A stretch of 64,000 nucleotides of DNA from Lytechinus pictus (lineage: Eukaryota), in the NCBI RefSeq assembly GCF_037042905.1, contig NC_087251.1, forward strand, positions 40,240,001 through 40,304,000, read 5' to 3'. Position numbers and translations under genes: made by a program. This document shows positions 22,031 through 36,560 of the stretch, one piece after another (the first letter of the stretch is position 1; every line of letters starts with the position of its first letter). Below the pieces are notes generated by a model. That model saw nothing but the letters and a program-made list of their open reading frames with translations. It had not been told where the DNA came from and ran no database searches.

Positions 22031-24111
22031 ATGATCTGAAAACACTGTACATATTTTTTAGTCACTGCAGAAGATATATAAATACTCGATTTGATTAAAA
22101 CAAAACAACAACAACAAAAAACGATGTACTGTTTTCACTATTCCTATATAGCATTATTTTGATCACCCCTTTGATTTACAAATAAAAGTACTTGATAAAA
22201 TTGCTAACCCGACGACTTCCGAGATATATGTAATAACCGATCAAGTCGTTCAATTTAGGAGCTTTTCACCTTGTTATTGTGTTCAAAACAAGCCACAAGG
22301 CCCCTTCAATCATGAAAAAAGGAGCTTCCAACGTGAAAGTAATTGAATTTGTCATCTTTTCGCTTACGAAGTCGTCGTATTTCTTCAATCATTGAGATGG
22401 GACTATGAATAGAGACAGCGGGGTTGATTTGATTCATTCAACCGTTACGATCAGAGCATTCATGTTGTCACTATATATCCTCTTCCTCAAGATCTCTCCT
22501 TGTATCGCAATCGTCGTCAGGTAAATGCACTTTCCTTGTCGATCTCATATGGGCATACGAAGATAACATTCCAGAAGGGGACTATAGTGACAAGATACAA
22601 CCAGCAATGGATCAGACTGTCACTTCTAATCCAACTCTAATCACGTGACCAAGTCAATTTAAATTTTGCAAAACAACACGGGAAATTGAAGACAATGTAA
22701 TTCTTGAAGAAAAAAAATCGGACTGCTCGTCTGTTAGAGTTTACACACACGGTGAAATGTTTCCCGATACTTCGTGACTTAAAGTCACTGAGATCAATAT
22801 TGTTTTAAACACAAAAACAAAATAAAAAATAAAAACAAACAGCAAAACAAATGGACTATGCTTTAAAAAAAAAAAAAAAGAGCGGAGAGTATACCGAGAA
22901 GACCTACATTTACAAAGAATTAGTTTTGACTGACAGTAAATATAATAATAGTAATAATGATAATAACATTAACAACAACAATAATAATAATAATGAGGAG
23001 GAGGATAATACTAATAATGATAATAATAATAGTATAAATCTAAGTGACTGGTGGAAAAGAGTCGATGAAGAACATGATACCATTTAAAGAATAATGGGTA
23101 TAAAGGGGTGGGGTATAAGAGAGATAAAGCGAGGGTCTGGGACCCCCAGTATACTCCATAGTGCCTATCTTGACAATTTCACACCACTTATCTCTATCCC
23201 GCGGAAATTGCCACTTCAACCTGTCAGAATGATCTACTTCTATCTATCTTCCTAAGATGCGAACTGATTCTATATTTTCAGACGCACGATAAGGAAGCAG
23301 AGTAATCTCCATATGTTTACACACAGACAAATTGTCAACAAATCGCTATTTTTGGCGGTAACATCTTGTGTGAAAATCGAGCAAGCGTGTCCTACTAGTG
23401 AATTTGAACAGATAAAAAAAAAATCATTATTGGAACCAATAAGCTGAGAGAAACCACGTTTGATGAAAATAAGCCTACATGATTATAATAGTGAATTTGG
23501 CAATATTTATACCCACTTATAGACAAACACCATAATACGCCAATACCATGCAGACGGTATACCCATTCCATACAGCACGCTATCACAATAAACTAATATA
23601 AAGGAGTTACAACAGTCAACATTTATGAGACATTTATGAAATTAATTTTTAAATCCATTGTCCGATCATTGCTCTAAGCCTGACGTCCTCAGCTATTTAG
23701 ATGAGATTGTACTATTCGCACGGTTTTCCAAGAGCACATCACGTGACCAATAGCAGGCGATACTATATCATGTATGTGGGAAGGCGCCAAATGAAGATGA
23801 CATTCCAGCCCCGTATTGTTATGTTCTCATTTTCCTCCCTTCGCCTCAGGTTAAAATAAAATCAAGCGAGGGCAGTGTATTGAGACACTAATGTCAGTTC
23901 GCGGGATATAGACACCACCTCGAGCACATTGCTAACCGACTTTTAGCTCTACTCTTCCCATATTTTACATAAAGTCATGCCCCAATTTAGTTGTGATCGA
24001 TGCAAATTTATGTATCTATCATCCAGGATAATGGATAAGATGTAAAATCTGTTTGGTGATGTTAAGGGATTTTGCCGCACAGCGAAATGTATTGGAATAA
24101 TAATAATAAGT

Positions 24112-24400
24112 GGAGCGTTGTGGCCCAGTGGATTAGTCTTCTGACTCTAAAACAGAGGGTCGTGGGTTCGAATCCCAGCCATGGCGTAATTTCCTTCAGC
24201 AAGAAATTTATCCACATTGTGCTACACTCAACCCAGGTGAGGTGAATGGGTACCCGGCAGGACTGATTCCTTGAATGCATGAGCGCTGAAAGGCAGCTCG
24301 AGCTAAAATCGGGGTAATAATAATAATAACAACGCGCCTCGGAATAGAATATTTCTAGACAGATGGCGCTATATAAATGCCTATTATTATTATTATTATT
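24112..24400 (+). mobile_element. tRNA-derived SINE
   Basis: A box TGGCCCAGTGG, B box GGTTCGAATCC, body, gcgctatataaatg and (TAT)n tail. Confidence 0.85.
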
Positions 24401-25664
24401 AATAATTATCATATGAATCCAAGTTAAGCATTATTGATGAATAATTATCAACTTACAATTCAGCAATTCAGTGATTCCTATTTTTTTTTTTTTTTTTTTT
24501 GGGGGGTGGACTAAATTTCCACTTTCACCACAAATGGCACTCTCAATTTTGTATTCATCGTTTAACGTGCTTGTCAAATTAAAGTAAGGGAGAGCGGGGT
24601 GAGTCCGCCCACCACGTGATTTTCCCCTATGCTGTGATTGGATATAAGTTTTGTCGATGATGTAATGGCAACCTATCCGTACAGGTGACAACATACCTTG
24701 GCGAGAGGTCATGTGCTGGGAATCCCAAAAACTTACGTCGACTTATCCGTTTCGAGGTCATATGAATAAAGAAATATATATGTATTTCAGATTTCTTGAA
24801 CTTTTCTGTAAACACACATGAATGCAGTTATAGTAAGTTTTGCTGTTACAAAGGTGTGATATTTGCCTACTGAAATTTGCCATTGATACTTCAACATTGG
24901 TTCTACATTTTGCTTAGAACAAGACAAAGGAAAATGGATGCCCGAGGGGCAAAATAATTCGCCCCTTCTCTGACGGGGCAGGTTTGCCCTCATTTATGAA
25001 CATGTTTTTAGGCTTAGTCCTACAAAATTGTTAAAAATTGTAGTAGTTGTTGTACCAACATAAACAAAAGTTTGGTGTCTTTGAACCCATCATTCGTGTT
25101 CCATATCACTATTTTTTCCTTATGGGCTAACTCGCCCCCTAACTTATCCGATTCCGTTCTTGTGAAAACTGTGTGCATGTCCTCGGTGAAAATAGGATAT
25201 TATGTAGACAGTAGATATTACCTAGGCCTTCATTTATGATAAAGCACGACATTCCTGCCAAAGAAATGACGGCTCAAGAAGAGCGGGGAAAATGGAGCGA
25301 ACTCGCCCCGCTATCCCCTATCTCAGGATAAACCTAAGTTAATTTGGCAATTTATTATATTAGTAAAATGAATATTAACTAGTTAAACAATATTTCTTAT
25401 ATCACCAATGCCATGAGAGCCTGTAATTGCTCTTGGTAATAATTACATATATAGTGAAGGGGAGATACATCATTTAGAAATTTTGACTTTTGGTTGGAGG
25501 GGTAGTTTTTGACAGACATGATTATGTAGAGTGGGAGAGAGTGTTGACCTGAACGATCTGTTATCTCCACGGTAGAACGATTATATACACACTACGCAGG
25601 AGACTCCAAGCTCTGAGACATACGGGACGATGACCTCTTCTCCAGGCGAGTTTTAATTGGTACA

Positions 25665-26184
25665 CGATGGTGCCGGTGATGATGATGAAGATGATGATGA
25701 TAGTGATAATAGTGATGATGATGATGATAATAGTGGCGATGATGATGATGATGATATGCCATTGATACTTCAACATAGGTTCTACATTTTGCGTCTGACT
25801 GACTGGAATACTCCCCAGGGAGTGGAGGATGTGCACACATTGTGTGCGGGAATGACTGATTGAATCCGATGACCGGGGTAATAATATATCTGTAAAGCGC
25901 TTAGACACGTCGTTACGATGTATTAAGCGCTATGTAAAAAAAACGGATTATTATTATTATGATAGGGATGGTAGTGATGATGATGGTGATGTTTACGATG
26001 GTGATAAAGATGATGGTTATAATGATGACGGTGGTGGCGGTAATGATGACATGATTATGATGGTGATGATGATGGTAGTGATAATGATGGTGATGATGAT
26101 GGTAGTGATAATGATGGTGATGTTTACGATGGTGATAAAGATGATGATGATAATGATGACGGTGGTGGCGGTAATGATGACATA

Positions 26185-26217
<33 letters not shown>

Positions 26218-26316
26218 GTGATGTTTACGATGGTTATAAATGATGGCGGTGGTGGCGGTAATGATGACACGATGATGATGATGACAATAGTGGTGGTGAT
26301 GATGATGATGATGATG
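25665..26316. repeat. (GAT)n low-complexity blocks around a SINE 3' fragment (~25800-25960)
   Basis: Direct reading; tail aagcgctatgtaaaa...(TTA)n resembles the 24112 SINE. Confidence 0.85.
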
Positions 26317-27099
26317 GAGGTCAAGATAAACAGTATGGGGCGTTGACCTTCCATTACTTCTAATATTTACCAAGGGTCCTGTTCTTACTATCATGTTTTT
26401 GGTTTAATATCGGTAACCCATAACCCCCCGCCCTCTCTCTCTCTCTCCAGAAAATCGACTACGCCCCATAAACTTCGGAATAGACAGAAGGCAGTCGAAT
26501 TATATTGGAAAGCGAGGACAGATGGTTAAAATACACAGTCGCAAGTAACACAAATGGAGCTTTAGTTAGCGTAAACATGTGAGATATCTATTGGCGTATC
26601 TCGGCAATTATTCTCTTTCCCCTTACAGTGTCTCCTTACAGTGGGAATGTGAAGAACTGAAATCGAACCTTACTGAAAAGCTGTTTTAAAGATTATACCT
26701 GAAGTAACGTTCACACGCAGAATACTTTCCAGAATTGTATGTTTCGATATATCGCTACGTGCCAACATTACGTCGCTACGTGCCAACATTTTCTCTCATA
26801 TCATTTCAGATTCTTATGAACTTTAATCTGTATTAGAGACAAGTTACATGTTCTTCATTATCATTAATTAATACTTCCCTTTCTCGATGACTGTTTGTAC
26901 AAATGTATAATTCTGTGATAATACTTGTTTCAGTTATTGTATAATTTGCTTATGAGACTTATATTGTTATTTTATATTTGATTTGAGAGAAGAAAATAAA
27001 AACACGTTATAAAACACACACAAAAAAATACAATAACTGGCTTGTGTTCGGAACCATTTTCCCCATTAAATGTGTGACTATGAACAAAGTCAGGTTTGT

Positions 27100-28130
27100 C
27101 TGTCCGCGCTCGCATTATGTTTTTTTTGTAAAAAATTAATACACACCTTGTTCAATTACAGATGCAGAAACTGATATTGTTTTAATGTAAAAACATGTCA
27201 AAAATGTTCAGTTTTCAAGTTAAAATATCCAAAATTCCCAGTTCGCGCTTCGCGCTCGATCTATTTGATTAGTGAGGATGAGTATTCTTTTCATGAGTCA
27301 CTGCAAATGGTTAATTAACATGTCCTTTTTCAGAACAGTTATTTAATAGTATCGGCTCACGCTCGCATGAATTGTAATATACGCATATCATTCATGCAAA
27401 AAGTGCTTAGCATTTCAAGTTTTCTGGTCGGAAATCAAAATTTTCAGCTCGCGCTACGCGCTTGCATCAACTGTTTTGTTAATACATCCATCCTCTTCGT
27501 GGTTACAATCTAGTTTTCAGGTCGAAATATAACATTTTTCAGCTAGCGATTCGCGCTCGCATTTTCAGATTGGTGAGAAATTTAATATTTCATGGTTCAC
27601 TGCGAACAGTCTTCAACAGGTCTTTTTGCTGGCCAGTATATTAACAATTTCAGCTCACCATTTGCGCTCGCTCTATTTGATTAGAGAGAAATTTATTTTA
27701 TTTATGACTCACTGCAAATAGTTAATCAACATGTCCTCAGAACATTTAATTAAAAGTTTTAGCTCGCGCTAGCATGAATTGCTTAATTATATACACATAT
27801 TATTTATACAAAAAGTGCTTAGAATATCCAGTTTTCTGGTCGGAATCACAATTTTCGGCTCGCGCTTCGCGTTCGCAACAATTGTTTGGTTAATGTATAA
27901 ATCCTCAATTTTTTTGTAATTTATCCATCCTCTCCATGGATACAATCGAGTTTTCAGGTTGAAATATAACATTTTTCAGCTAGCAGCGCTTCGCGCTCGC
28001 ATTTTTGGATTCGTGAGATATTTATGAAAGCTGGAACTGCTACTGAGCATGGCGAAAGAAAATGTGACTAAGGAAAATGTAGAACAAGATAAAGATTCAT
28101 GGTCGCGGGACGTCGGTAATCGATACTGAT
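27100..28130 (-). mobile_element. Inverted copy of the GCGAGCGCGAAGCGCGAG-array element
   Basis: ctcgcgcttcgcgctcgc units; 28024-28130 is the reverse-complement homologue of 12699-12805. Confidence 0.75.
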
Positions 28131-30025
28131 ATTTGTCGGTGATCAGGGCCTCCACCCCCCCCTACTGGAAAAGGCATAGCGACGCCCCTGATTGGGGCTG
28201 CAAAAGTAAATGATAATTTTCAAGCGTTATTGCAACAAAATATTTGCAGTTAAAGTGTATAGAGAAAGGTGATAATAACATGTTGTGGTAGGTAGTGTCC
28301 ACCGGAAGCCCAATTCATTGAAATTTATTGACTACCCTGGGTAAATAAGATTCATTATTATTATTAGTAGTAGCAGTAGTAGTACTAATTGCAACTCTCT
28401 GGCAACCAAACAATTTTCTTTTAAATTCAAATTTCTAAATACTATGAATAAATATTAATCCTGATTCAGATAGCCCAGTTTGATAATACTCATAATCATT
28501 TATGTTCTTCAGTGCGCCTCATCATTGCTGATAATCAATAAATTCCCCCTTCAATAATGCTTCCGGCATTCCTCAAGAAATGGTGATTAAAATTTCTTAT
28601 TCTATCCCGACATCCTAGGGTAATTGAGCTCCTTTACTTTGTTACTGAGGATTCTCAAACAAAACTTTCAACATGATTGATAAAATATATCATTTTCCTC
28701 TCTTCGTTATATCACATCACCCGTTTATTTCACCTCTATAGTCAAATAACTCCCCTGTGAATTCAATTCAGTACGCGACATCAGAATGTATCCATAGTTC
28801 TAAATGAAACGAATAAAAATACTCAGAACTGAGATCACAATACTTTAAAGACAAACTTTAGACAAAAAACACCGCAACCTCCGGCGAGAAAGAGAAGTGT
28901 TTTTTTGTTGTTGAGAAGTTTGATTAAGGGATTAACCTTCTATCTCTTCTGTCGCGAAACAGTTACAAGCAAGTTATTTTTAGTTATTCTTGCATGTCTG
29001 GTCAGACAAGAAGTATAATGCTAAGTCATTTTGAAAAAAAAAAGACTCTGCTGATACAGGAATCCGTTTTGGCAGAGACCTCAATTCTTAAGATTCTGGT
29101 GTAAAACTATCCAGAAAAAGATAATAGCGAAGATGTTTCGTCAGACCATTAAAAAAAGATAATGAAACATTATTGCAAATATTACAGGAAATTATACCTT
29201 AAGTCATAGGCGTTACTCCGAACATGAGCTTGGGGGACACAACACCTCGTCGATTTACAGTTACTTTACCTCATCATATCAGTAGTGTAATGAGCCAATA
29301 ATTTTGTGGGGCCAGATACGGCGTATTGGGGAAAATCTCTAAAATCTGCGAGCGAGCGGATCGAGCGAACAAAAATTTTGACCTTCTTAATACAAAAATC
29401 TACTTTTGTGATAGATTTTGACATGATATTCAGCAAATTATATTATATTCCACCTTTTTTCTTTCATTTCCTTTCCCTTTCTCCTTTTTTCTTTGTTGTG
29501 AAAATTTTGGGGGTCAAGACCACCAACCCCCCGACCGAACGCCAGTGAACAACAGTTATGTGGCAAATGAAGTCGTCATTTCGAAAAAGAGACATTAATC
29601 TTGTTACGTGCAGTTTCTAACCTTGTCCTTGTACTAATTTTACCATACGAGAGAGAGAGAGATGAGTTGAACATGTTGATATCTCTCTCATTCTGTTTCT
29701 ATAACATGTCTAATGTTTCTTTTCTCTCTACGTCAACTTCTATCTGTCCATATGCTAGTTATTGATGCATGGTAGACCGGGGGTAGACCTCTATATCTCA
29801 TGCGTATGATGTTTGATTTGAGAGTTCTGCCGAATGCTAATATCATAATGGGGGAAATTGGAACTGACATTTCCTTCAAAACGTCACTGATTCGGGTCGA
29901 TCGATCCATCATATTGACTGGAATCCGAGTAAAAACATCGTCGAATATGGTTCGCTCTGTTAAATGCAACATAGTATCGACTTTCATTGCGGAATTCCAA
30001 CAACATAAAAAAAATAGATGATATA

Positions 30026-31255
30026 AAGTCTGTATTAAAAAAGTTTACACTTTGAAATATTCATATAAAATTATATATTTCTAATATCATAAAATTTGTT
30101 TACATATCGGTAAAGATCTCTTTAATCGAATGAGGCGACACAATTAGTCGAGGGAGCCAGTGATGGAATGGGGACGTCTCCCCATTATTATACATCCCCA
30201 AACAACCGGATTAAATTGTATGATATCATTCATCAAATGCATTTTTATTCTGTTACCAATATTGATTGTATATCTAGATCAGATTTTAGTTATTATTTAT
30301 GTCCTATTTCAATGTTCTTAAATGTTATTAATTGTTGTATCAATTATTGTAAATTATACGTTTTGTATATTGTTATACCGAAATAAATAAACAAACAAAC
30401 AAATGAATTAAGAAATCTTTTTGCGTGAGTGAACACCACTTACTTTTAAGAAGTTCCTTGAAAAATGATCTGGGCAGAATTTGAAAATAGTTATATGAAT
30501 AAAAGCAGACGATAATCATGAAGATTGCATGGACTCTAGAAAAGAATTTTGTTTCCTTTCTAAGTTTTTCTATTGGTTAAAACACTCCATTGAGCGTCAC
30601 TGCACCACCCCACCTACGCACACCTATAACATGTATAAACCATTACAATTTAAAAAAAATCTGATATCTGCTTTACATGTAGCAGTGATTCGCATGAAAT
30701 AAAAGGCTTATTTTGTTTTCATTCTGTTATTCCTTGTCATGCCTGGAGAACAAGTATACGGCATGAAGTAAAGATAAATGCTGGAGATACCTTAAAATAA
30801 ATTTTGTTTACATTTAATTGTATCATTTTATGACATCAGATCCAGTTGGAACAAACATAAAATTAATGTTTACCTAGTCTTGAAATAATAATTCGGGTAG
30901 AAAGGTAGTTATAAAAAGTTATAATGATTTTATTCCGTTATAAACCCAAATATCCAACAAAAGATTAAATCATACCGGGAAATTTAATATACAGCAATGT
31001 CCTTTTTGTCGCCTTTTCCGATTGACACAGCGTGAAAACCATCATTTCGGCGCAAACCGATTTCTGTGAGCTATACAAAAAAGGACAGTGCTCAGCACTC
31101 AAGCGAACGATTCTGTCAAAAATTATACTTTCATCTGGAAGATGAGTCCAAACCTACGGAAATATGTGAAAAAAAAATAGCCCATCATCCCATGTTGTAT
31201 TTTTTTCAATTAGGGGGGCTTTTTCAAAATGTAAACGTTTTATTGATACGCACTG
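30026..31255. mobile_element. Tc1/mariner-like non-autonomous element
   Basis: TA-flanked imperfect TIRs: aagtctgtattaaaaaagtttacactttgaaa / tttcaaaatgtaaacgttttattgatacgcactg. Confidence 0.65.
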
Positions 31256-34200
31256 TATAAAGAAAAATATTCTTTAATTTAAAATATACTCAACAGTTGC
31301 TGATATTAATCATGGTCAGAAATTATATTACTCATATAGGCCTATCTGATAGATAATTACAAAATAGCCTGTATTTTTTGTTTGCATTGTTGGCAAGAAC
31401 AGTGCTTATTTTCCAGTAGATTGTGTCAATAATTAGGGACACTCGGAGTTATGATTTAAAAACGGATAAGATATCAAGGGGAGGAGACTATAAATGCACA
31501 CCAAACCCTCTTAAACTATTATGCTATGAATTATTAGAGAGCTGGACTTCTTTTAAAGAAATTGTTAAATTCTATATGATTATTATCATTTTATCTCGAT
31601 GTTTATCAATTATCATTATTGTATTTTTAAAATGAATTTTATTATCATTTATTTATCATTATCATCTCTATTTATGACTGGTTCTTTCCCTCTCCTCATA
31701 TTATCTTCATTTTAACATGTTTAAGATCTAATGATGCGATCTGCTATCTCGCTGCAAAGGTGTCAACAGCTTGTGAAAATGTGTGAGGGCTCTGAGCGAG
31801 GGAGGAATTATATTTTTAAAATGCCATTAAAATAAGCCTTTTGATGCACTAGAACCAATGTCTAGAACCAATAGCGATATTAGTCCCTTCACTCTCCAAC
31901 TCTCATCAACTTCTTTTCTCCAACGTTGCCTTTTACTCCTCTTTATATAGACCCCTTCCCCTCCCACTTTCCATTCTTAATCTCCCCTTCCAAAATCTCT
32001 TTTCTGTCTATATATTCTTTCTGCATATCTTGTAAATCTCGTCTTATCCATGGATATCACGTATGGTTGTAAGTGATTAGATTCTTCCAGCCAGTACAAG
32101 GATGTGAAGCTGTCATCAGCCTTCCATTAATGTATACAGGCAGCTTTACTTGATTTCGACGTTCGTGAGCATCGTGAGGGAGCATTCCCAAACTCATGTA
32201 AAGAACACCGCCTGAATAGAATCCATCTTCCTTCGTGCAAATAGATGAGGAACGCAACAAGCACTTCATCTATAGATACCCCCAAGAAACCCCATCCATC
32301 ACCATGAACGGACACATTGCAACGTTCCGTGGGTTAACCAACGAAAAGTAACGAAATTAAGGGGTATCTTTTATCAGGTTTGGGCGGTCTATTCTTTCCG
32401 AACCTCAACATCGGTTTCTTGGTTTAGACAAGGGGTATATACAGGGATTCTAATTGTTATGGATTGACTTTGAAAGGCTTGCACGGCAATTTGTCCATCT
32501 TTCATCCTCCTACTCAATCATTCTATCGTATTCCCCTCCTAATGCTGTGACCTTTGACCCCGTCTCAAGCTTGAAGGTGATGGATTGCCTTGGTGCTCGG
32601 AAGCTGCGATGTCGGGTTTCTCTGCCATATGCTCGGTGAAGGGTCGGTGATGTTTGTTAAAGTGTTCCAACAGTCAATTCATCAATTTTATCAAAATCTT
32701 GAAAAACATTACTGAATTCCAATACTCTGGCTGAACACGCTCATTCTGAGAGCAATTATGTGATCACAATTTGCTAAACTAACGACTTAATTCATTTCTG
32801 ATATTCATCTTATTGAAAGAAACCCAGCCAGAAATAATTTCCCGCCCTGTTTATATGCAATCTAGCGAATCCCTAGCTTTTACATGTTTTAAGAGTGAAA
32901 ACTTAGGAACCCTTTAACATGTTAAAAGCACAGATAAAATAATGCGTGAGGTGAAAACAGTTGGGTTGTGGAGCTGGGGGTGGGATGGACCAAGAAATGG
33001 AACAATGTTTCTCACATTCGATAGAATACAGTCATCCATATATCAGTTACATGCCTATTGATTATGACTTGTTTTACGTGTTTGTATAAATGACAGGCCC
33101 ATGACTAGGCCCGGACAGTCCACATGATGAATGGATACATCTGGTCTTTCTTCATTACACTTTATTATCTTTGCTGAAACGTGAAACTACCGGCGCCACA
33201 GATAGACAAATTGACATACAAGCGTGTAGATAGACAGACAGACAGACATAAAAACAGACCATTGGGTCTACTCAGGAAATACATGTGAATATAATGGCGT
33301 AGCCAGGCTGCAGACTATACTTTGGCGTCAATATGGAGTTCGGTTGCCATAACTATACATCTACATCGTTCGTATCTTCTTTGTTTGATTCCGTTTGGTT
33401 TTATTTACTGTATACAAATCAAAACAATGTAGGGCCTAAAGTCAGAAATGAAATGAAAATGTTCGCATGGTATTTTTTTTTTAGCGCGGACGGATCACTC
33501 TTTTCAGGAATCTTCCTGATCGTATTTGGATACACATCACCAACAACAATTATATTCAAAATCATTATAGACGTACATCAGATGCATCGAATTATGCAAG
33601 ATTAATCTTATCATTGTTTGAATTGTATTGTTGTTACCTGTAAATCATCTTCAAAAGGAATAACTTTTTATATTTCTAAAACTGGAAAATTAATATCAGC
33701 CTCGCCTTGAAATGTGATCGACGCCATCATGTTTCGTGACTTGTCAGCCATATTCCACTGCACCTTTCCAAAAGGATGTCATTTCCAGACTAGAGGGGGA
33801 TTTAAAGATTTAAACGAAGCTCAAGACAATAAACACTATGGATCCTAAGACATTGCGGGTATAACGTGAAGACATTGACGTTTATTTTCTCTGATTGTCG
33901 CGGTATAGGTCAGGATTATGATGGAAAATGGTAAAGGGGGTTTAAATCCCCGTACGGATCTCATTCCCCATCTCTGTAGGTCGAATTTTGCCATCATCAT
34001 GAATGTTCTTCGTTTGCTGTGTAAGTTGTCATAATCGGGACCTCGTATTGGAAATTTGAAAGAAACACATCATACTAATCATTTTTCAGGGTGAACATAA
34101 TCATGAATATATTTATAAACCCAAATATTACTTTTATTTCACCTGGATATAACGGAATTCTAATACCCTACTTCTTCTTCAAATTCTTTTCTTTGGTCAT

Positions 34201-35001
34201 GTTCCGTTGGTTGCTAGGTCAAGGGGCTTCACATACCCCCGTTGTCGGCTTCATATCTCATTCCTATCCAATATCAGAGAAGTCATTGAGATTGGGAACC
34301 CAGTAAGAGAGTGAGTGAAAGGAGCCTTAGCGGGACGGTATGCGATGACGATTTAATTGGGGCGTCTCGAATGGAGAACTCGGGGGAGATAGAATCGGTC
34401 TCATTTTGGTGAGCACTCATTCCACTCGATAAAGAGAATTGTAAAACGACACCTTATCACCGACACCGCTTCACATTGAGTTTTGTTCTCCTTTATTATT
34501 CCGAATACATTTAACCCCAAGGAGGTACACAAAGTACGAGATATATTTCCATTGAATCTGGCCCTTTCGTAATAGGCTAATTATTCCAATTTATCGGAAT
34601 TGTGATATAAGTTTCGTTCGTCAAAATTGATTTACTATTAGACATTCCTTTTTTATTCAGCAATTTCCTCGAACATTTTGTGTTTTTTTCTACTAAAGGA
34701 AAACAGGCGAATATCAGATTCACTAGGAACTTGACGTTCAAAATAACAAGAAATTATTTGATTTTTCTAATGAATTCAGTCAATCATTGATGCAAAACCT
34801 GTATTTGCATCGTTGATTAATTCCTTTAGTGTACAATCTATTGTACAATATACTGGATTATTATGTACGACAAATATAAAATCATCCCGAGTGCAGGTTT
34901 ATTTCACCGAGGACGAAGGCCGAGGTGAAATAGACCTGCACTTCCTCTGTACATAACAGGCCCCTTAGTACGTGGAAAGTCTTCTTGGATGTTTCACCGA
35001 G

Positions 35002-35389
35002 GGCCTTTTCACACGTGAATCTTGAATCATTGTAATGATGATTGCTATTGTAATCGTGACTGTGATTAGCGTTCGTGATTCTAATCAGGTTCTAGTTTGG
35101 TTTCACACGTGCTAAAAATTCGTCATTATCCTTATTTTTCACTGGAATCATCATTCAAATTACGATTTTATTTATACCGTGTGAAAGGGTGGTATGTTTA
35201 GAGAATTAAAAAATATTCTGTCATTGGCATTTCTTGCCGCCCTTTCACACGGTAAAAATAAAATCGTAATTTGAATGATGATTCCAGTGAAAAATAAGGA
35301 TAATGAAGACTTTTTAGCACGTGTGAAACCAAACTAGAACATGCAATCATCATTACAATGAGGATTCAAGATTCACGTGTGAAAAGGCC
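35002..35389. mobile_element. Two inverted copies of a Harbinger-like MITE forming one large hairpin
   Basis: GGCCTTTTCACACG...CGTGTGAAAGGG (35002-35190) and its reverse complement (35237-35389). Confidence 0.8.
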
Positions 35390-36560
35390 ATCAGAGCCTA
35401 ATTTCCAAGGCTACTTTAATTGACAAATGAAGATTTGAAGATCTTACCCTTAAAAACCAACCAGTTGAGAAATTCTATTAAAGTGGTGAAGTGTTTAAAC
35501 CAGTTTATAGTACCAATATGAGCATCTTGAAAAGGTATTGGTAAATTCTTCATGTTTCGTTGCATATGCAAGAGAGCCGAAAAGCGGCAAATATCGTTGC
35601 CAAATTCTATTCACATAATGGCTTCGAGCACCAACTTATTCAGTATCACTGTGAGCCCTTTATCATCGCAACAATTTATAGTTCCTTTGAAAGAGATCTA
35701 TTCAGGGTAAAAGCCACATCAATTGGGCCGTTAGGAATTAATCTCACTTCATCAGTGAGTTACAAAACTATCACATGAGTGCCGTGACAATAGTTTCTTC
35801 TCCATGAAAACTGAAGTTCTTTGTGCTCCAAACTTTCGCGTTGTGTGATTGCCGCGCAGTCCTTGCATGGAGGATTCCTCCAACAAAAGGTGCGTTCCTG
35901 ACGGAAACCTCACAAGGAGATATGTGAAAAAATGAAAGATTCAGCCAACTACCATTAAATACTTTGAATAAGACAGACCTACAATTGCAGATGAGCTCTT
36001 GAGACGTCTGATTCTGTCAATATACATGGTCTAATTATTATTTCCCATTCAAGGTACCCCAGTCTTTGCAGCAATATCAGAGCATCGTACCCTTAATGAC
36101 TCCGAGTCCTAATTTGAGGTCACTAAACGTAATATTTCATAGAACTAAAATGTATGAATGTTGGATGCTTACACTATATTTTCGCACAAGAAGAAGCCAT
36201 CAATAGTTTGACCTAAAGGACGAGAAAGTCGTACGGCAGAATATCTTTGTCAAAACTACAACAAATATTTCAGAAATATACAGAACTGACCAGTGATCGT
36301 CATGCCGGTTTCATGTCTCTACGGTCATGACGATACAAGATTTAAAGGATGATGAGGTTGATTATTAGGTTATTTGATCAATTAATAAATAATTAATTAA
36401 TAAACAAACACCCTAACAGCTTTCAGTAGAGTCCAATTTGACTCACTCTCGTCAACACTATCTTCTTATTTACACTTTATCCATTTTCCCCAGTTGTGTA
36501 AAATGTTTGCCACTAGTATATATCATGTGCATGTAGTTGTCTGAAAAACAATATAAACAC

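Noticed and set aside
29733..30021. Overlapping 84-aa and 73-aa ORFs as a nested gene
   Set aside because: No recognisable domain or convincing exon chain
32057..32639. Short ORFs in a GC-richer intronic island
   Set aside because: Stops in all frames after the candidate acceptor; no recognisable homology
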